Shown: positions 51,701 through 60,700 of the stretch, piece after piece
Numbering within the stretch: the stretch's first letter is position 1
Layout: every line of letters starts with the position of its first letter
DNA from: a virus
Reading direction: 5' to 3' (one strand)
Length of the DNA: 64,000 nt
Virus record (IMG/VR): IMGVR_UViG_3300044634_002329
Span: 32,001-96,000 of that record
Notes under the pieces: model-generated
The model's input: the letters and a program-made list of their open reading frames with translations, nothing else
What the model was told of the DNA's origin: nothing
The model's database searches: none
Translations under genes and position numbers: made by a program

Positions 51701-54700
51701 TTAATGATGTATTTAATAAAACTACTGAAACATATGGTGCCAAATTAACTAGAGAGTCTGAAGATAATACTAAGTATGATTCATTTAAATATTCAGATGT
51801 ACTTAATACTGCAGTTATTAAAGATGCTCAACGTGAATCTATTTATTTAGCAGAATATCAAGCTGCATGGAAAAAAAATTATATAGAAGTAAACAATTAT
51901 TCTGAAGAAGAAGCAGATAGATTAGTAGAATTAGATTCAAAACCTTTTAGAAAAGATAAAATGGATGAATCTGATGGTATTGCTTATATGACTCTTGATG
52001 CATATAGAACATTACATAAAACAGGTAGAGGTTGGTCAGTAGCTCAAGAAGCATTGTATCAAAAAGTTGTAGCTGGTGAAACAATTTCAACACAAGATGC
52101 TAAAGAATTTTTTCCAATTTACAAATTACATTATTATGGTTCATTAAAAAATGATTTGTTACCAGCTATGGCTATGCATAAGTTTTCTGTAGCTCCTTTA
52201 ATTCCAGGTGTGTATCCTGAAACTAGTGAATTAGGAAAACTACATAAAAAAATGTTAAAAGATAATGTTCAATATGTAACATTTAAATCTGGTTCAAAAG
52301 CAGTTACATTAACTAATGGAGGGAATGTAGATAACTTATTTGCTAACAGTAATGAAAACAGTATTAATGAAGATTTTACTTTTACTGTTAACCCAATATT
52401 CATGGCTAACTTAAAAGAAGTAACAGTTATCAATGAATACTACAAAAAAACATTACCTATTGCTACTCAAACAAGAGTAATCATATTAGATAACTTATAT
52501 AATGATGGTAAATTAACTAATTCAGATAATGCACCGTTAGTTAATGATTATAAAAATGTAGTTAGGGATTATTCAATTGTTTTAAAAGATGAATTATTAA
52601 ATAAAATTGGATACTCTCTTAATGAGGATGGAAATTATGAAGGTGACATTACTACTTTTGTACAGGTATTAAGAGAAGAGTTAGGTAATAGAGATATCCC
52701 AGAACAGTTATTAAAATTACTTAACACTACTAAAGAAGGTAAATTATCTATAGATCTATCTTTACATCCTCAAGCAGAAACTATTGAAAAGTTATTATTA
52801 AGTATTATCCAAACTACATTAATTAAACAACAGACTAATGGGGAACCATTAACTCAAATGCCGTCTACATTTACAAATGGTATCTGGGATGATCAATATA
52901 AAACATTAACAAATCCTGCTGATATTGAAAGATTATTAGGAACTAATACTCTTCCTTTTTATAACATTAATAAAACTACAGGTAAAACCAACTTAATGAA
53001 AGTTGCTATTGCTTTACAAGGGGAGTATAAAAATTTATTGAAAGCAAAAGACTTAGATGGTAATGTAATTGGTACTATTGACAGATTAAATGAATTAATT
53101 AAAGATGATAAATGGTTAGAACAAAACCGTGATGCTATTTCATTGTTTGGACCACGTATTCCTAATGATGCTACAAATACAATTGAAGGAGCTGAAGTAT
53201 GGCATTTCTTTAATGAAAGTTTTGGTAATGCTATTATATTGCCTACTGAAATTGTAGCTAAAGCTGGGTCAGATTATGATGGAGATAAGTTATTTATGTC
53301 AATGCCAAACGTTGATAAAGATGGTAACTATATTAATAAAGGAATTGATAATTATGATGCTTTATTAAAAGAAACTATTGCATTAGAAAAAGATGGTAAA
53401 CTAGGTAAAGACAGATTAAAATCAGGTCAATTAATTGAACTTCAAAAAAAATATTTACAAAACTTATATCTTAAAAAATCAATTGATCTTTTAACTCTTC
53501 CTGATAACTTTGGATATTTAACTAAACCAAATCAAACATACTTAGTTGAAAAGTATGCAGAAGATTTACAAAAATTAGGCACAGGATATAATAGATATGA
53601 AAGTGCTACTCATGGTAGTCCAAAAAAATCTGTGGGTCCTAAAGATAAACAAAAAGATGTAGTTAGTCCTACAAGACAAAATGAAATTAGCCATCAGTTA
53701 TATTTACATGATGCTAACTTATCTTTAGAGCCTTCATTAGGTGTACAAGCCAACTTTACTAAAAGTCATGTATTATATAAAACTGTTGGTGTAAATATGC
53801 CGGCTACTTATACTACTTCATATACTAACTTTTCAGTTAATAGAGTAATTAAAAGTTTAATTGAGTTGCCTATGGTGATGAGACTAAAACATAATACTGC
53901 AATTAATGAAGCTGGTAAAGAAGTAATATCATTATCTGGAGAAAAAACTCAATTAGGTACTAGAATTACTGATATTAATTCACATGCATTAAATGGTATT
54001 TTAGATAGAGCTAAGAACTCTTTCCCATTTGATTTAAAACTTGTACCAGAAGCTATTAATACGTTAAACTACATGCTTCAAGCAGGTGTTAGTGAAGAAG
54101 AAATTTTTTACTTTTTAACTCAACCATTAATAGTTGAATACATTAAAGATCAAAAGTTAAGAAAAAGTCCTTACTATAGTATTGTATATGGTGAATCTAA
54201 AGGTAGTAAAACTACAGCATCTGCAAATGCTATAATTCAAAATATGATTAATGTAAAAGGAGTAGATTTTACTTCATATTTAGCTGATATTAACTTACTA
54301 AAATTAAAAGCTACATTAGAATCTTATGCTGCTTCTGCTAAAAAAAGTAAAGAAGCTTATAATGTAAAATTAAAAGATGAGTCAATTTTATACACTCTTA
54401 CACCAGAAGAAATAATTAATAAAATTAATAACGGTGATATTGATCCAACAACAATAAAAAAAATATTTAATAGTAATGCAAAAGATGCATTTGAAGAAGT
54501 AACTGAATCAAAAGAATTGTTTACAGATAAAAATTATGCATTTACTACTCAAGCATTCTCAAATGCTTTTTTACCAGAAGGGATAATTAATATTGACTTT
54601 TTAAAAAAACATATTAAAGATTCTAGTAGTCCTGCTGCCTTAACATTGTTTTTTAATTATTTAGAATTAGAACAACAATATGAGGGTATGAGTGAATTAG

Positions 54701-57700
54701 AAAAAGTATTTAGTCCAGATAAAATTAAATTAACTACAGCTCAACAAGTGATTAAAAGAGAAGAAGCATATAAAAATTTATATGAAAATAGTAAAGTTGA
54801 TAAAGCTTCTCTTGAGAGATTAACAAAACAATCTGTTTTATCTTCTTTTAATCAAGATAAACTAATATTAGATTTAGTTACTCCATTGTTCCCATTAAGA
54901 TTAAGTAATGAAATTTCTAGTTACATTACTAAATTATTTAATGATCCAACTGAAAGTCGAAAAATTAGAAATAAGTTTGGGACAGGTATTGATGGTCAAG
55001 AATTCTTTACTAAAAAATATCAAAATGCAATTGTAGCATACATTTATCAAAACTACATGTCTAGATTTGTTAATGCTGATGGTACTTTGACTAATATTCC
55101 GGAATCTTATAATGGTAAACCAGTACTAGTTAATAATGATATCAATACTAATGTTATTATAGATAAAGATAGTATCATAATTAATAGTGATAGAGTTAGA
55201 ACTGAGTACCAAAGAAAAGTATATTTAAGTGCAAATAAAAATGTAGGATACACAGGTGATAAATTTGCAAAAGATCCTTTTAATACTTTAAATAGTTACT
55301 ATAGATATACAATTGAAAAAGAATTATTAAGAACAAGTATTCCTATTGAAAGTTTAGAACAAAATAAAGATTTTCTTAATTTATTAAATACTTATAATAC
55401 TGCAGACGAAGCATATGAATCATATATTTCTGAAAAAGCTTTAGCTAATACTTATAATAGAAGCTACATTGTTGGTACAGCTAAATATAGTTATACTGAA
55501 AAAGTATTAAATATTATTAAAGAGTTTGAGAATACAAACTTAAAAGATAAATATCCTATACTAGCTCAACTAGCTCCTGTTAAAACTAAAAAAGCTGTAA
55601 AATTAATTCAGTTAAATGATAAACAAATAGCTAAAGGAGTATTAGGTGAAATATACATTAACAACTTAATTAATTTAGCTAACCCTATTATTAAAAAAGT
55701 TGATGATCCTATTGATAATCAAAGAATTAGTGACGTATTTAAAGATTTTTCTTTAATGATGTTTTATCAACATGGAGTTGGTAATAGTAAATTAGGTTTT
55801 GTAAATGCTATAGACCCTGAAGTTTATACAGAAAGTATGACTAAGTTTTCTCAACAGTTTTTAAATAACTATTTATCAGATGATTCATTGACTGATGTTT
55901 ATAATATGCTAATGGCTCCTGGTAATCTATTTGGTAACTTTGAAATTAAAGATGTAGAAAATGAAAAACCATACTCTAAAGCAGATCAGTTAACACCTTT
56001 TGAATTACCAGGATCTACTTCTCCTGTGGCTAATATACCACAAAATAAAATATCTGGAGTAGCTTCTTTTGGATCTACAGTTACTGCAAATGATGAAGTA
56101 ATTAAAGTACTTGGAGCAAATGCACATTCTATAGATATGATAGAATCTGGTTTAAGAACTAGGACTACAAGAAGTGAATCTGAAATGGCAAAATATGCTG
56201 TTAAGGTGGGAGATATCATTAAGCATTTTGGTAAGTCTGCTGATGGTTCAACTAAAACTATTTTAGCTAAAGTAACAGCAATACATCCTAAAGGAACACC
56301 TGGATTTAAAGGTACTTGGAATAAAGAAGGTTGGAGATCTGAAGATGTAAATGTTATAGACAGATTTAAAGATGGTGCTGCAGCTATTGAGTTTGAAATA
56401 ATTAATAATAATCAAACACCAGGATCTACTTCTGTTAATAAAAAAGTTATTAAAAATGAAAAAGGTTTAATTATTATTAATAATGCAATTCCTACAGAAA
56501 AAACTATTGATATTGTAAAAAATAATAAAGATTTTATTCAAGAAACATCTTTTAAACAAACAAATGGTTCAGTATCTTGGGGTTATGGTATGCAATGGAT
56601 TAGAAGTTCTGCATTAACAGATAAACAAAAACAAGGTGTTCAAATAGGAAAACAAATTGGTGGACAAGAAGTAACAGAAGAAATGGTAAATCAACTTCTT
56701 GCTGGAACTGAAGCAAAGAAAATTAAAGGAATGCCTTTATATGTATATACTAATATTGATATAAATGGAAATAGATTACCTAATATACCTAATGAGATAA
56801 TAGAAATACTGTTAGAACAAGGTATTGATGTATCTCAATATGATGCAAGTTATAATTCTGTATATGATAAAAATGACAAAGGAAGTCTTATTGTTCATCA
56901 GGATAATACAGAATTTAACACATCTCCTATTATTACTGTGTCTTTAGGTAGACCAATGAAATTTATTACATATCAATTAAAAGATTCTAGTAATTATTCA
57001 TTTGGTACAAATGCTAAAAATAGATATGAATTAACATTAAATACAATATCTAATAAACTTGTAGCTGGTAAATTAGCTCCTGAGTTAAAAAGACAAAAGA
57101 ATTTTAAAGGTGATGAAGTTATAGGTTATGGTGAACTTACTCCAGGTAATTTAGCTAAATATGCTAAAATGGTTGGAGAAGAATCTGCAGCATTAGATGC
57201 ATTAGCTAATTCAATAGAAAAAATTGAAGAACATACTTTAACTAATGGAGCTGTTTTAGTATTCTCTAAAGAAAATAGAAATGTATTTCATGAAATTATA
57301 TTTGATGAAGAAACAGATGCATTACCTATGCCTAAAGGTTTTCCTGAATTAACTATTAATAAAGCTTATAAAGGTTTAGGTAAACCAGATCAAATGGTTA
57401 AAACTAAAGACTATAGAGTTGTATTAACACTTAGAAAAGTTAACGGCACTAAAGAATTAGATGTAGTTGATACAAATAAACTTACAGCATCTCAACCTAC
57501 ACAAGTTCCTACACCTATTCAACCTATAAGTGATATTGATAATAGTAATAAACCTGTATTAAATAGTCTTCCTAATAAGTCATCTATCCCAACTATGACT
57601 TATGCGGGTATTGGATCTAGACAAACCCCACAAGAAGTTCTTAATAAAATGACTGAAGTAGCTAAGTATTTAGATGGCTTAGGTTATACATTACAAACTG

Positions 57701-60700
57701 GTTTTACATTTAAAGATAAAAATACAGGTTTAGATGAAGAAGGTGCAGATAAAGCATTTTCAGATGGAGCTCAAAATAAAATATTGTTTGGACCTTCAGG
57801 TATTAGAAAAACAATAAATGGAGAAACATCAGTAGATACATATAATCCAAATGTAACTACTAAATCTACTGATGTGGTTAAAGAAGTACATCCAGCACCT
57901 GAAAAATTAAGCCCAGGAGCTTTAAAGTTAATGGCAAGAAATACTAATCAAATCTTTGGTAAAAATCTTGATAGTACAGTAGATTTTGTAATATTCTATG
58001 CTCCTGAAACAAACAATCCTTTAAGACCTAAAGGTGGTACAGGACAAGCTGTAGAAATGGCTAGAAGAAAAGGTATCCCAACTATTAATTTAGCTAATAG
58101 TAATTGGAGAGAAGAGTTAAAAACTGCACTTGCTAATAGATCTACTCAATCACCTACTAAAGTTGAAGTAAAAGCTTTTAGAACATCAGGTACTTTTTCA
58201 TCTACAGTAGACTATGCACAAAGAGGTTCCGGAACATATTATGCATTAGATAAACCATTTCAAGAACTAGGAAGAACAGATAAAGTTGAAGAAGTAAATG
58301 TATCTTATAACCCATCTAAAACTTTAGATGCAACAACTGAAGAAGGTCAATCTAAATTTATGGAGATTAAAAGAAAAGCTGTTGAAGGTAAAACTTTTGA
58401 TGAAATAAAAGATTTAAATGATGCAGTTTCTCAAGAAATGATGAATAATGGATATGAGTCATTAATTGGTTGGATTGATGAAGATGTACCTAATGTAGGT
58501 AGAGAACTTGTTATATATCCTACTCAATCATCTACTGATACAAACTATCAATTACCACAAAATAGAGAATTAGAAGAATACGTAGCATCTGAAAAAACTA
58601 TTAGAGATTTAGCTGCTAGAATGTCTGATAGAATAGGTATACCTTTTATATTTGAATCTGATAGAACTAAAGAATATAAAGGTAAATTAGAAAGTGATAG
58701 ACAAGTATTAGATGCAGATCCTGAAGATGGAGTTACTTATGGAAATGTAAAAAATACTGCTTTTATTAATTTAGCTTATGCTACATTAGATACTCCTATA
58801 CATGAAATATTAGGCCACCCTATTATCAGAGCTATTAAAAATAATACAAAAGGGACTTTTTATGAACCTAAATATGACAATTCTTTAAATCAATGGGTTA
58901 TTGAAGAACATAAAATTGATGATTATGATGTTCATTTTTTTAATACAAAAAAAGAAGCTGATGCTTTTTATAAAAGTAAACAAAGTCAACTTTATCAAAA
59001 CTTACTTAAAGAACTTGAAACAGGTAAAGGTAAAGAAGTATTAGATAGAATTAAAAGAGATTATAATAAAAAATTTGAAAGAGGTAAATCATTTACATTT
59101 GAAGGTAAAGATTACATTGCAGATAATGCAAGTAAAACAGGTTATAGAGATAAATATGGAAATGATGTAGAGTCTAATGAGTTAGAAATTAGTTTATTTG
59201 CTTATGAATTAAAACATAAAGATAAAATTTATTATACTTTAGAAGAGCAACAAGAAGAAGCTCTTGTAGAACTTTTAGGTATGATGACAGCTGGAAAACT
59301 TGATGCAGTTAAAGATGGTAATTTAATTTCTCTTTTAAAAAGACTTCTTAAAGAAATAAAAACTTTTGTAAAAGATCTTTTAAAACAAAAAGAAATAGAA
59401 ATAAATAAGTTACCTGATAATATGACATTAGGGGATATATCTGATATATTAGCTTATAGTAATTCTAAACTTATACTCCCTGGTAATGAAGTAGAATATA
59501 CTACTCCTGATAATCAAAAATTTAAAACTTATCAAGAAGCAAGTAATCATATTAGTCAATTAGTTAAAAATATTAAAGATGTTGATTTAGATAATATTAA
59601 GATTGAAAATAAAGGTATTCCTAATCATTTTCAAAAAGATACGTATCAAGGAGACAGAGACTATACTGATTGGTATTCATTTAATGATGGAAAATATTAT
59701 GTAGAACGAGATGGACAAAATTATGAAGATGGTTTTAGTAGAACAAAAGAAATAACTAAACAAGAATTTGAACAAGCTTATATAGATTCTCAAAACTATG
59801 GAGGAATGATTGGTAAAGGTACTATTGATTCTGATATTACTTCTTTTATAGCAAAAAATAAAGAATATGAACAATCTAAAGAAATTATAGATGAATGGAA
59901 AAAAATAAATAATATTCAATATAAACCAGAAGAAATATATAGTAGAGGTCAAGAATTTACTTCAGTTGTTGGAGCTTATTCTGATTTTGATGTAAATCTT
60001 ATGATGCAAAATTTATTATCTCATATTGAAGATAATGAAAAAGCTGGAGGTAAATTTGCAATATCAGCATTTACTAAACCTATTGATAAAAAAATATCAC
60101 ATCTAGAAGGGGGAGGAGGTAAAATTAAATTTAAAATTTATCCACAATCTCAAGATATTTTATGGGCTGCTAATATTGATGTATATTCTGGTAGTGTTTG
60201 GGATGCTGCAGACAAAGTAAATAAAGATAAAAAATCTGAATTACTTGGAGTAAGTTATACTAAATATCCTTCATTAGACAATGTAAATGCTGTACAACCT
60301 AATTTAGCTTCTATTGTAGATGATTTAGCTCATCATCATAATGAATTAGGTATTTCTTTAACTGGTAATAACTTTAGATTAGAATATGATGATAATATTC
60401 CTAACACAACTAAAAAAATTATTGATAGTATTAATTCTATATTAGATCAAAAATATGGTAAAATAATTAAACCTGAAATTAAAAAACAAGAACAACAAAT
60501 AATAAAATATGGGTTATTTAGTAAAGGTGCTAATGATATTTTAGATGAGTTTAATACAAAAGAAGAAGCTCAAACTGCTGTAGATTTTAATAATAAATTA
60601 TTAATTGATGGAGGAGAGTCAGCAGACTATTCTGTAGTTCCAATTAAAAATATAGGTATTCAACCAACTCAAACTAAAAATAATATAAAAGAAGATATTA

